Positions 36,852-46,294 of a stretch of DNA of 56,031 nt are shown one piece after another (positions within the stretch are counted from its first letter, which is position 1; every line of letters begins with the position of its first letter). Where the stretch lies: contig JABIGQ010000039.1 in assembly GCA_018650085.1 (NCBI GenBank), positions 1-56,031 of the forward strand, read 5' to 3'. Source of the DNA: Candidatus Magasanikiibacteriota bacterium (GTDB taxonomy: Bacteria > Patescibacteriota > Patescibacteriia > Magasanikbacterales > UBA922). Position numbers and translations under genes: made by a program. Below the pieces are notes generated by a model. It saw only the letters and a list, made by a program, of their open reading frames with translations, searched no databases and was not told the origin of the DNA.

Positions 36852-38474
36852 TTATGTGGTACTATTTTTTTTATGTTTATCTAGCTCTTGGTGAATTATT
36901 GCTGGGATACGATTTTCTAACAAAATAACAGAATTGGTATCTTTCTGATCTTTTATATACGCAAGCAATGCTTCTGGATCTGTTTTTTCTAACACAGTTG
37001 TCTTATATTTTTCTACGACTCCCTGTGTAAGAGATTCTATAAAATCATCTGTAATAATAACTAATTCATCTGTAACAAATGCAATCTCTCCACCAATTTG
37101 TGCATGAAGTTCATCACTCTTTGCCCCCAATTCTAACATTCCACGTGTCACCACTATACGCCTTTTTTTCGTAGGATAACTTGCTAAAACATCCAATGCG
37201 GCTCTAAATCCATGCGGGTTAGAATTATAACTATCATCAATAATCGTTGTCTTCCCATATGAATATGTATGAATTGCCGTCTTTGGGTCACGAAGATCAT
37301 TTGTAGCATCTACCATTTCTTTTTTTGTCATTCCCACACAATCTGCAGCTAAAAGACATGGAGCAATATTTAGCGCATTGTGTCTCCCAGTAATCTTTGG
37401 ATAAAAATCTATCAATTCTCTTTTCCCAGTTTTTAATTTTATATCCACAGATAAAATCTCATGTTCTCTGTGTTTTATATCTCTTATAACACATGTAGGA
37501 TTATGTGTAGTTTCTATACCAAATGTCATTACTTTTGCTTCTAGCTCATCTATATATTCCATACAATATGGGTTGTCTGCATTTGTGATCGCTACTCCTG
37601 ATTTTGGAATTGCGCGCAGTAATTCATATTTTGCATCTTGGATATTTTTCATAGAACCAAATAAACTAAGATGCTGTTCATTTATAGCAGTAAGTATTCC
37701 AATAGTTGGGTGAACAATATCACAAATTAACTGTACATCCCCCTTATTATATGCCCCAATTTCTACAATAAATATATCTGCTTCTGAAAAATCAGTCTCT
37801 AAAATAAAACGAGAAATACCAATATCACTATTAATATTTCTTGGTGTTTTTATGACACGAAATTTTTTACTCACTATATGTGATAAAAATTCTTTTACAG
37901 TCGTTTTTCCATAACTTCCAGTAATACCAATAACTGTAAGATTTTTATATTTTTTTAATTTCTTTTCTGCACGGATGAAATACCATTTTTTTAATGTGTC
38001 TGTCATTTTATTTATTCCAATCACAAAAATACTTACTACGATTGGACGTAACACTAAAGCAAATAAAAGAATTGCCCAATAACGGGTATATATTAATAAT
38101 AATGCCTCTACAGATAAACTAAGTAGTACAATAAGCATTGCCTTTATGCTAGATTGTGGTCTTCGCAAGCGTTTATGCAAATACAAATATCCTATCCGAA
38201 CTATATCTGCAAGAAATAAAAAAACTATAATTTCTTTTAATAATTTTATATTATGTATAGGGAAAAATGATATTAATAGTACCAGAAGTGTACGCCAAAA
38301 AATAGGATAAGAAAATATATATTGCTTCCCCTGTATGGTAGATAAAAAATCTTTAAATCTATCTATGCGATACCATTTTAATTGCCAGTAGTATGTATGC
38401 CCCCCTATATCAATACTTGCGGTAATAAACCACAAAAGTGCGATGATAATATTAAATAGAGAAGGATAATACAT
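36852..38474 (-). CDS. murF: Mur ligase, MurF-like (UDP-MurNAc-tripeptide--D-Ala-D-Ala ligase) with N-terminal membrane domain
   Basis: 540 aa. From about aa 180: VIGITGSYGKTTVKEFL, IVEIGAYNKGD, NALNIAP, IDDSYNSNP. The first ~170 aa are 4-5 hydrophobic helices instead of the usual soluble domain 1. Confidence 0.75.
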   Translation of the reverse strand: MYYPSLFNIIIALLWFITASIDIGGHTYYWQLKWYRIDRFKDFLSTIQGKQYIFSYPIFWRTLLVLLISFFPIHNIKLLKEIIVFLFLADIVRIGYLYLHKRLRRPQSSIKAMLIVLLSLSVEALLLIYTRYWAILLFALVLRPIVVSIFVIGINKMTDTLKKWYFIRAEKKLKKYKNLTVIGITGSYGKTTVKEFLSHIVSKKFRVIKTPRNINSDIGISRFILETDFSEADIFIVEIGAYNKGDVQLICDIVHPTIGILTAINEQHLSLFGSMKNIQDAKYELLRAIPKSGVAITNADNPYCMEYIDELEAKVMTFGIETTHNPTCVIRDIKHREHEILSVDIKLKTGKRELIDFYPKITGRHNALNIAPCLLAADCVGMTKKEMVDATNDLRDPKTAIHTYSYGKTTIIDDSYNSNPHGFRAALDVLASYPTKKRRIVVTRGMLELGAKSDELHAQIGGEIAFVTDELVIITDDFIESLTQGVVEKYKTTVLEKTDPEALLAYIKDQKDTNSVILLENRIPAIIHQELDKHKKNSTT

Positions 38475-38480
38475 AGAATT

Positions 38481-39206
38481 TTATGATAGAAAAAGAGAAA
38501 GTTGTTTAATCATTTCATTTATAGAAGTGCGGTGAAGGCCGTGTGTGCCATTTGGAATAATAACAAGAGAACTATTTGGAAGTGCTTCATTAATTTTTTT
38601 CCCATATTTCAACGGGACATATCCATCTTTTTCTCCCCAAAGTACCAGTGTTTTATTATCTATATTTGGTAAAAAATCTGAAACATCTGTAGCAAGCACT
38701 TTTCTAAAAATATCTCGTTGCACCCCAGATGTTTTACTATAGTCTGGTGATTGCGCAGCTTTATATAATATCTTTTTTGCCAATGGCTCTAATGTATTTA
38801 AGATAGGTAATTTCATACAAACTTTCCCTACTTTTGCGAGCGTCCCAAATATTATTTTTTTCACTGGGCGTTTTATACGAAATACTGCAGCACCACTTAA
38901 TACTAGTTTATCACAAATTGTACTATCTTTTCCAATCATAACAGTAGCAACTTGTCCCCCAAAGCTATGGCCCAAGATAATACGAGGATGTTTTTTTTCT
39001 AGTGTTTCTATTTTTTTTCTAGCAAACTCTGCATATTCCTCTACTCCCCACACATCACTTGGGCATGGTTCATTACCAAAACAAGGCAAATCTATAACAA
39101 GAACATCTGCAAAAGATTGTCCTGCTTTTTCTATAAATTTTCCCCACGTTTTATGAGAACCACCCCACCCAGGTAAAATAATTAATTGTATAGGAAGTTT
39201 TTTCAT
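38481..39206 (-). CDS. alpha/beta-fold hydrolase
   Basis: 241 aa. ILPGWGGS, nucleophile elbow GHSFGG, C-terminal NGTHGLH. Confidence 0.7.
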   Translation of the reverse strand: MKKLPIQLIILPGWGGSHKTWGKFIEKAGQSFADVLVIDLPCFGNEPCPSDVWGVEEYAEFARKKIETLEKKHPRIILGHSFGGQVATVMIGKDSTICDKLVLSGAAVFRIKRPVKKIIFGTLAKVGKVCMKLPILNTLEPLAKKILYKAAQSPDYSKTSGVQRDIFRKVLATDVSDFLPNIDNKTLVLWGEKDGYVPLKYGKKINEALPNSSLVIIPNGTHGLHRTSINEMIKQLSLFLS

Positions 39207-39208
39207 AT

Positions 39209-40465
39209 TTAAAGTGTTGTTTTTCCCCCCATATATGATTGTAATACTTTTGGAATAGTAATGCTTCCATCTTCATTTTGATTATTTTCCACTATTGCCA
39301 GAGGAAAACGAGAAAGTACTATTGCCGTACCATTGAGCGTATGCACAAATGCATTTTTCCCATTCTCATCTTTATATTTAATATTCATTCTTCTCGCTTG
39401 ATAATCTAGACAATGACTTGCACTTGTTATCTCTCCAAATTCTCCCTGCTTCTCATCGTCCCCCTTCATAGTCATATACGCTTCTATATCATATTTACGG
39501 TACGCAGGAGCGCCCAAATCGCCCGTAGGAATGTCTATAACACGATATGGGATATCTAGTCCATAACAGATTTCTTTTTCAATAGAGAGCAATTCTTCAT
39601 GCAATGCATCACTTTCTCCGGGAGTACAAAAAATAAACATCTCAAGCTTTGCAAACTGATGAACACGATAAAGTCCTTTACTCGTTCTCCCATATGCACC
39701 TGCTTCTTTTCTAAAACAATGAGAAAGTGCTATATATTTTTTTGGCCCTTCTGACAAATCCATTACTTCATCTGCATGATACCCAAGTGTAGTAATTTCT
39801 GCTGTTCCTATGAGTGCCAGATCTGTATTTTCTACCGTGTAAATCTGATCTTCTTCCCCACGTGGATTAAACCCAGCCCCAACGAGTATTTCTTGCTTTG
39901 CGAGATCTGGAGTTTCTATCAGTTCAAACCCATATTTTTCCGCAACGTCAATTCCATAGCTTACCAAGGCTCTATTTAATTTCACTAGATTATTTTTTAA
40001 AAAATAAAATTTAGATCCAGCTACTTTTGCCCCACGTTTAAAATCAAGCATGCCTGCATCTGTAAGCAATTCTTCATGATCTTTTGGTGAAAACTCAAAT
40101 TGTTTTGGTTCTTTATTTGTATACACTACTTTGAAATCTTCTTCCCCACCAATTGGACTATCTTTATGTGTTTTATTTGGGATAGCAAGCAATAACTCTG
40201 TATATGTTTTTGTTACTTCTGCTAACTGTTCTTCTAATTCTTTTATTTCATCTCCTACTTTTCTCATGTTCAAAATTTCTTCTGCAGTAGGTTTTCCTTT
40301 TGACTTTTTATTTCTTGTAGCACGAAGAGCATCTATTTTCGTTCCTATTTCTCGTTTTTGTTTATCTAAATCTAAAAGTAAATCAACATCTACTTTCATA
40401 AATCGATTTTTGATATTTGCCTTTACTTCTTCTACGTTTTCACGTATGTATTTTATGTCTAACAT
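39209..40465 (-). CDS. serS: serine--tRNA ligase
   Basis: 418 aa. MLDIKYIREN coiled-coil arm, FRKEAGAYG, RVHQFAKLEMF, GTAIVLSRFPLAIVENNQ. Confidence 0.9.
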   Translation of the reverse strand: MLDIKYIRENVEEVKANIKNRFMKVDVDLLLDLDKQKREIGTKIDALRATRNKKSKGKPTAEEILNMRKVGDEIKELEEQLAEVTKTYTELLLAIPNKTHKDSPIGGEEDFKVVYTNKEPKQFEFSPKDHEELLTDAGMLDFKRGAKVAGSKFYFLKNNLVKLNRALVSYGIDVAEKYGFELIETPDLAKQEILVGAGFNPRGEEDQIYTVENTDLALIGTAEITTLGYHADEVMDLSEGPKKYIALSHCFRKEAGAYGRTSKGLYRVHQFAKLEMFIFCTPGESDALHEELLSIEKEICYGLDIPYRVIDIPTGDLGAPAYRKYDIEAYMTMKGDDEKQGEFGEITSASHCLDYQARRMNIKYKDENGKNAFVHTLNGTAIVLSRFPLAIVENNQNEDGSITIPKVLQSYMGGKTTL

Positions 40466-40511
40466 ATTTTATAATTATAAATTGTAAATGATAAATTATT
40501 ATCAGCTAACT

Positions 40512-41555
40512 TTACATCCCCCCAATATATTCAAGCACTTCTGGAAGAATCTTCTCATACATTCCTGCATTATTTCCTACTAACTCATAATCAAGCACTT
40601 TTTCTGGAAGTACCCAATTTGTTTCCAATACTTCTTCATCATTAACAACTCCATCTCCACCAGTAACACGGCAAATATGTGGAAGTATAAATATTTGTAC
40701 ACGCCACAAATCACCTTTCCCAGTACGATGCTGAAGATCTATGAGAGAACATCGTTTTATTACTTTTACTTCATATCCACTCTCTTCTCTCACTTCACGT
40801 ACTACATTTTCTTCGATTGATTCTCCCCAGTCTACTCCACCACCTGGAAATTCCCATTTTTCATGAAATTCTGGATTATATGGATCATTTCTTTTATTCA
40901 ATAAAATTTCACCCTTATCATTTACAAGTACGCCTATTGGCACTATCCATTGTCTTGGTGAATATTGCTTTATTAGATAATATTTTGCTTGTGAGAGTGC
41001 TTTTCCTCTATGACTACAGGCGTTTTTTTCTGCTTTTTTCATTTCCGAAAATCGTCTTCCACTTTTTAATTCAGTAAAAATTGGATCATACCCAAATCCT
41101 CCTTTAATTTCCTTATGGATTTCTTCTTCGATTCGTCCTTCTGTATTACCAAAAGAAATAAAAGTATTCCCCGTCTCTGGATGATATATTGCTATAGCTG
41201 CCCGGAAACATGCTTGTCTCTCATTTCCTTCCAGTTCTTTCATTTTTTTTAATAAATAATCATTTCTTTCTTCCACAGTATTGCCACTCCTAGCACTATG
41301 TATTCCGGGAAATCCATCTAGTGCATGTACAAAAAGTCCACTATCGTCTGCCAGTGAAAGCATGCCTGTTTGCTTTGCGTAATATTTTGCTTTTAACACA
41401 GCATTTTCTTCTATAGTGGCTCCCGACTCTTCTGGTGCTTTTATTTCTTTTTCTATATCATCCAATGATAAAAACTCAATAAATCCCAAATCACCAAAAT
41501 AACTTTTTATCTCAGCAAACTTTCCTTTATTTGTGGTAGCAATGAGTAATTTCAT
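40512..41555 (-). CDS. rdgB: RdgB/HAM1 non-canonical NTP pyrophosphatase fused to a Nudix hydrolase
   Basis: 347 aa. N-terminal half TNKGKFAEI...SLADDSGL...FPGIHSAR...GFGYDPIF...SHRGKAL. C-terminal half carries the Nudix box GGGVDWGESIEENVVREVREESGY. Confidence 0.8.
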   Translation of the reverse strand: MKLLIATTNKGKFAEIKSYFGDLGFIEFLSLDDIEKEIKAPEESGATIEENAVLKAKYYAKQTGMLSLADDSGLFVHALDGFPGIHSARSGNTVEERNDYLLKKMKELEGNERQACFRAAIAIYHPETGNTFISFGNTEGRIEEEIHKEIKGGFGYDPIFTELKSGRRFSEMKKAEKNACSHRGKALSQAKYYLIKQYSPRQWIVPIGVLVNDKGEILLNKRNDPYNPEFHEKWEFPGGGVDWGESIEENVVREVREESGYEVKVIKRCSLIDLQHRTGKGDLWRVQIFILPHICRVTGGDGVVNDEEVLETNWVLPEKVLDYELVGNNAGMYEKILPEVLEYIGGM

Positions 41556-41558
41556 ATA

Positions 41559-41987
41559 TTATATAAAACGCTCTAAATATTTTTTTATTTTTCTTCCTTT
41601 AAACTTATCCGATTTATAGGAAACTAATCGCACTATTTGAATAGATAAGCCCATATCGGTAATCGCATCTGCCAGTTTATCTACATATACCTTCTGATCA
41701 TATCCCAATGCTATAATATTTGGTTTTATTTCTCCTATGATTTTATACGGATCATGCAGATATCCCATTCTCACCTCATCAATAACAGATATATAAGTAA
41801 GAAATTTCACACGTTCCTGCTCTGTATGTAATGGATCATTTCCTTTTATTTTTTCAACATTGCTATCTCTTCCTACACAAACAGTAAGATGATGCGCATA
41901 TTCTTTTGCTTGTTCAAACATATGAATATGTCCAGCATGCACAATATCAAATGTCCCAAATACCAATACCTTAGCTTTCTTTTTCAT
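41559..41987 (-). CDS. cytidylyltransferase-fold nucleotidyltransferase (RibL/TagD-like)
   Basis: 142 aa. VLVFGTFDIVHAGHIHMF (the (T/H)xGH motif). Size and layout resemble archaeal-type FAD synthase RibL. The substrate cannot be assigned. Confidence 0.6.
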   Translation of the reverse strand: MKKKAKVLVFGTFDIVHAGHIHMFEQAKEYAHHLTVCVGRDSNVEKIKGNDPLHTEQERVKFLTYISVIDEVRMGYLHDPYKIIGEIKPNIIALGYDQKVYVDKLADAITDMGLSIQIVRLVSYKSDKFKGRKIKKYLERFI

Positions 41988-43464
41988 CTTGTTTATCTTT
42001 ATCTTCTATAATCTCTGGTTTCATGAGTGGAAATAAAGTTGCTTCTCGAATTGGTTTATTCACGAGAAATGCAAATAACCTTTCACCAAATCCAAACCCA
42101 CATGTAGGAGGCATGCCATGTTCTAGCATTTCTACAAATTCCATGTCAGGCATCATTGCCTCATCATCCCCACGTTCTATGAGTTCTTGTTGTAACTCAA
42201 ATCTTTTTCTCTGATCAATTGGATCATTTAACTCTGAATATCCATTTCCTACTTCAGAACCCGCAATAATTGGTTGGAAACGTTCTGTTAATTCTGGATT
42301 ATCTACTCTCGCCTTTGATAACGGAGAAATTAATTTTGGATGATTGATAAGAAATACTGGACCTGCTATATTTTTTCTACAATATTTCCAAAGCGTATCT
42401 GTAAGCCGTTCTTTATTTTCTCCCTCATATTTTACAGAAAGTTCTTTTAATTTATTCTTCATTTCTTCTTCTGAAGCAGATAATACATTTATACCTGTCT
42501 GACGTTCCACTTCTTCTACATAGTCAATAGTTCCCCAATCTCCAGAAAGATCAAATTCAAGTCCTTTATGAGTAAATTTCGTGGTACCAAATACTTCTGT
42601 AGCAATGCGTTGATATAATTCTTGTGTAAGTTTCATACCGTCTTCATAATTTGCATATGCCCAATAAAATTCCATATTGGTAAATTCCTGCAAATGATCT
42701 GGACTCGATCCCTCATTTCTAAATACTTTTCCAATTTCAAATGTTTTTTCATACCCAGCAGCCATTAATCTTTTCTGCCAAAGCTCTCCTACAGAAATAC
42801 GAAGATACACATCTAGATCAAAATCATTGTGATGTGTAGCAAACGGGCTAGCTTCTGCGCCACCTGTAGTAGTTTCCAAATATGGTGTTTCTACTTCAAA
42901 AAATCCTTTATCTTTCATGAAGTTTCTCGTCACGTCCCAGAACTTTGCTTTTTTTCTAAACAATTCCCGCGTATCTTCATTCATGAGAATATCAAGATAA
43001 CGTTTCCTCATTCTTAATTCTTCATTTTGAAGTCCATGAAATTTATCTGGAAGTGGTAGAAGTGATTTTGTAAGCAACTGCCACTCTGAAACCAATACTG
43101 ATTCTTCTCCTTTATGCGTGATAAATTTTTCACCACTCACTACAATAATATCTCCTATATCTAATTTTTTTGTAAAAAGTTTATAATTGTCTTTTCCTAA
43201 ATCATCTTGTTTTAGCGCAATTTGCATACGTCCAGAAGCATCTTGAAGATGAGCAAATGTTAATTTCCCCATATCTCGTTTCATCATTATTCGCCCAGCA
43301 ATTCTAAATTTCTCTCCTTCTTTCCCGTCTAATACTGCTTGAATAGCTTGTTTTTCCCCTGTTTTAGCAGGATAAAGCACTACTCCAGCTTCTTTTAGGT
43401 CAGCGAGTTTACTTATACGAACTTCTCGTTCATCATTGATATTTATCTCAGGTATATTTGTCAT
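41971..43464 (-). CDS. lysS: lysine--tRNA ligase (class II)
   Basis: 497 aa. OB-fold N-domain, FFEVETPYL, FRNEGSSPDHLQEFTNMEFY, GMPPTCGFGFGERL. Confidence 0.9.
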   Translation of the reverse strand: MTNIPEININDEREVRISKLADLKEAGVVLYPAKTGEKQAIQAVLDGKEGEKFRIAGRIMMKRDMGKLTFAHLQDASGRMQIALKQDDLGKDNYKLFTKKLDIGDIIVVSGEKFITHKGEESVLVSEWQLLTKSLLPLPDKFHGLQNEELRMRKRYLDILMNEDTRELFRKKAKFWDVTRNFMKDKGFFEVETPYLETTTGGAEASPFATHHNDFDLDVYLRISVGELWQKRLMAAGYEKTFEIGKVFRNEGSSPDHLQEFTNMEFYWAYANYEDGMKLTQELYQRIATEVFGTTKFTHKGLEFDLSGDWGTIDYVEEVERQTGINVLSASEEEMKNKLKELSVKYEGENKERLTDTLWKYCRKNIAGPVFLINHPKLISPLSKARVDNPELTERFQPIIAGSEVGNGYSELNDPIDQRKRFELQQELIERGDDEAMMPDMEFVEMLEHGMPPTCGFGFGERLFAFLVNKPIREATLFPLMKPEIIEDKDKQDEKES

Positions 43465-43564
43465 ATTTTTAGCTTATTTTACGCAATGTATGGTACCAAA
43501 AATATGATGAAAATGCAAATACCCCCAATAGATATTGAGGGTATTTCATTTGATTAAATATGAT

Positions 43565-44026
43565 CTATTTAATCTCTAAAATAGTATAAGACATCACTCC
43601 AGCAGGGACTTCTACATCTACGCTATCTCCTTTTTTCTTTCCTAAAAATGCTTCCCCTAGTGGAGACTCATTTGAAATCTTTCCAGCAAGCGGATCCGCC
43701 TCTTGCGCCCCTACTATACTATATTCTTTTTCTTTTTCGTTTACTTCTACTAAAATAGTATTCCCTATCTGCACAGTATCTGTATCTACTTGAGATGCAT
43801 CTATGATTTCTGCGTTTTCTAATATATGGTCTATTTCAATTAAACGACTTTTTGCCCAAGACATTTCATCTCTCGCTGCATGATATTCTGCATTTTCAGA
43901 CAAATCTCCCATTTCTCGTGCCTCATCTATACGAGTCGCAATATCTGGCATTTTTTCTTTTTTTATTTTTGTATATTCTTTTTTTAATAATTCTAATTTT
44001 TCTGGTGTAATGTATTGTGTTGTCAT
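43565..44026 (-). CDS. greA: transcription elongation factor GreA
   Basis: 153 aa. EAREMGDLSENAEYHAARDE and the C-terminal SNESPLGEAFLGKKKGD. Confidence 0.9.
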   Translation of the reverse strand: MTTQYITPEKLELLKKEYTKIKKEKMPDIATRIDEAREMGDLSENAEYHAARDEMSWAKSRLIEIDHILENAEIIDASQVDTDTVQIGNTILVEVNEKEKEYSIVGAQEADPLAGKISNESPLGEAFLGKKKGDSVDVEVPAGVMSYTILEIK

Positions 44027-44152
44027 ATGTGTGTGTTATAAAACAAAAGATATCGACTATGAGCCGAATAAAATATATCCGCTTCACACGGATATATTTA
44101 TAGTATAACAGGTTTTGAAATTGTGTCAAATATTAATTAATATTTTTATATA

Positions 44153-44181
44153 TTGACAGTCCACCACATATTTAGTATTAT
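44153..44181 (+). promoter_or_regulatory. sigma70-type promoter for the 44224..46076 operon
   Basis: TTGACA (44153..44158), a 17-nt spacer, then TATTAT (44176..44181). AGGAGG at 44211..44216 lies 7 nt before the TTG start. Confidence 0.5.
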
Positions 44182-44223
44182 ATCTACTTGCACAAAACGT
44201 TCTTTACAACAGGAGGATAAACG

Positions 44224-45141
44224 TTGTCATACGAAGATACTCGAGAGTTTTTAATCAATCATCAAGAAAAGATACTTGATGATTTTCTAGATGGACAGTG
44301 GTGTAAAATGACCACAGGCTTTAGCCAATCTGCTTATACAGATTCACTACGTCAGGCTGACTATTTATTGCGTTACTATGGAATGTATTTTACATCTTAT
44401 TATGCAACATATAGAAGATTCTTAAGAAAGTATGAAGCAATATTTTCTCAGAAACGCCTGCATATCCTATCTATTGGGACAGGATCTGGTATTGATTTTT
44501 TTGCACTTAACCGTGCTATTGAAGATCTTCTCTTAGAAAATAAAATTAAAAGAAGACAACAATATCATTATACAGGAATTGATCCTGTAGCGTGGAATTA
44601 CCAGCCTATATCTACAAAATTTCATTTCAAACAAATAGATATTAAGAAACTTACTCCACAAGATATTGAAAATGTAGATCTCTTTATATTTCCTAGATCT
44701 TTATCCGATATAGAAAGAACAGATCCTTTATCTTTAACTCGTTTAGCACGTTTAGTTTCTAATCACACTAATCGAGATAGACTATTCTTTATAAACTCAT
44801 ATGTTGTACAGAACAGTCTTGATAAAGGGAAAAAAGTATTCGGAGTAAATGCTTTTTGTTCTCTTATAAAATCTTTTACTCAACATGGATGGAGAAATGT
44901 GAATTGCAAACCACAGGATCATTGTGGAATTATTCCAAAATATTCTACTCTTTCAGATCTACCGTTCTATGGTATACCTGATCGACTCACTGATATCCTT
45001 GGAATAAACTTAAAAGATGAATGTAAACACAAAAAACAAGGGGCTTTCTCTTGTAATTTTTGTAAAGAACAACTTTATATTATGAGAAAACTAAACAACA
45101 TAGCTTTCCATATTCATGAACTACAGCGAGATGAAGAATGA
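44224..45141 (+). CDS. SAM-dependent methyltransferase-like protein (class I fold), Cys-rich C-terminus
   Basis: 305 aa, TTG start with a strong SD. LHILSIGTGSGIDFFAL resembles methyltransferase motif I, and YTGIDPV the acidic end of strand 2. The C-terminus has CKPQDHC...ECKHK...CNFC. No DPPY/NPPY motif. Confidence 0.45.
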   Translation: MSYEDTREFLINHQEKILDDFLDGQWCKMTTGFSQSAYTDSLRQADYLLRYYGMYFTSYYATYRRFLRKYEAIFSQKRLHILSIGTGSGIDFFALNRAIEDLLLENKIKRRQQYHYTGIDPVAWNYQPISTKFHFKQIDIKKLTPQDIENVDLFIFPRSLSDIERTDPLSLTRLARLVSNHTNRDRLFFINSYVVQNSLDKGKKVFGVNAFCSLIKSFTQHGWRNVNCKPQDHCGIIPKYSTLSDLPFYGIPDRLTDILGINLKDECKHKKQGAFSCNFCKEQLYIMRKLNNIAFHIHELQRDEE

Positions 45142-46076
45142 TCATCAGCGCTAGCCGACGAACTGATATCCCTGCATTTTATGCTCCATGGTTTATAAAC
45201 CGAGTTCGTGCGGGATGTTTACTAACTCGAAACCCACGAAATGCAAATCAAGTACGACGAGTTTCTTTATATCCAGAAGACGTAGATGTTATTGTTTTCT
45301 GGACAAGAAATCCTCGCCCGCTCTTTCCTTTTTTGGCAGAGTTGGATTCGTTAGGATATAAGTACTACTTTCAGTACACCTTAACAGGATATCCTAGGAT
45401 ACTTGAACCACATGTACCCCAAACCAATAATGCTATTGAAGCCTTTTGTGATCTCAGTGATTACATTGGGCCTGATCGTATTATCTGGCGTTATGACCCT
45501 ATTCTCCTGTCAAACTATACAGGTCTAGACTATCATATCTCTACATTTCTAAAGCTTGCTACACAACTTGCTGGAAAAACTAGAAAAGTAGTGATTAGTT
45601 TTGCAGACCTTTATGGAAAGACAATTAGAAATCTAGACAAAGTTTCTGGTATCCAATATATGGATATACGTAAAACTCCAGGTCTTTTACATCTACTGTC
45701 AAACATAATCAGAATTGCAAAGTCGTTTGGTATGACCGTGGAAACATGTGCAGAAACATCTGTTTCCTCAAGCCTATCAATGACTAGAGGAAAGTGCATT
45801 GATGATGCACTTATCCAACGCGTATTTGGAATAAACCTCACAGTAAAAAAAGACCGAAGTCAAAGAAAAGCTTGTGGCTGTGTAGAAAGTGTTGATATTG
45901 GGCAATATAATACCTGCCTTCATGGATGCACATACTGCTATGCAACAACAAGCCTAGATGCTGTCCAAAAAAAAAGACAACAGCACAACCCAGATAGTCC
46001 CTTTCTTATTGGGGACTTACGGGAAGGAGAAGAAATGTTTTTATTAACTAAAAAGAAGCAAATGCCTCTCTTATAG
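45138..46076 (+). CDS. DUF1848 family protein (C-terminal Cys cluster, putative Fe-S)
   Basis: 312 aa. MIISASRRTDIPAFYAPWF N-terminus and C-terminal QRKACGCVESVDIGQYNTCLHGCTYCYA, as I recall for DUF1848. Its start overlaps the upstream stop (ATGA). Confidence 0.65.
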   Translation: MIISASRRTDIPAFYAPWFINRVRAGCLLTRNPRNANQVRRVSLYPEDVDVIVFWTRNPRPLFPFLAELDSLGYKYYFQYTLTGYPRILEPHVPQTNNAIEAFCDLSDYIGPDRIIWRYDPILLSNYTGLDYHISTFLKLATQLAGKTRKVVISFADLYGKTIRNLDKVSGIQYMDIRKTPGLLHLLSNIIRIAKSFGMTVETCAETSVSSSLSMTRGKCIDDALIQRVFGINLTVKKDRSQRKACGCVESVDIGQYNTCLHGCTYCYATTSLDAVQKKRQQHNPDSPFLIGDLREGEEMFLLTKKKQMPLL

Positions 46077-46102
46077 TTGATGAGAACCCACTGTTCATTT
46101 TA

Positions 46103-46125
46103 AGATAGGGGTTCATCCCCTATCT
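46103..46125 (+). other. hairpin downstream of the DUF1848 gene
   Basis: AGATAGGGG-ttcat-CCCCTATCT. Confidence 0.6.
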
Positions 46126-46137
46126 TACCGCCACGTC

Positions 46138-46167
46138 ATCCCTAGCGCAGTTGCCTAGGGATTTTTT
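46138..46167 (+). terminator. intrinsic terminator of the 44224..46076 operon
   Basis: ATCCCTAG-cgcagttgc-CTAGGGAT running into TTTTTT. Confidence 0.7.
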
Positions 46168-46294
46168 ATTATAAAGCACAATACTAATTGGGATCATCCA
46201 AATAATGTATATAGCTATTCCTATGTATAACTGCATAAAATAATATTAATAAAACATATTAAAGCACTATGGAGCCAGCTGGCAAATCCTATTT

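Noticed and set aside
43517-43546. AAATACCC-N14-GGGTATTT inverted repeat after greA as a terminator.
   Set aside because: The loop is large and the downstream T-run on the minus strand is interrupted. This is too weak to list as a feature.
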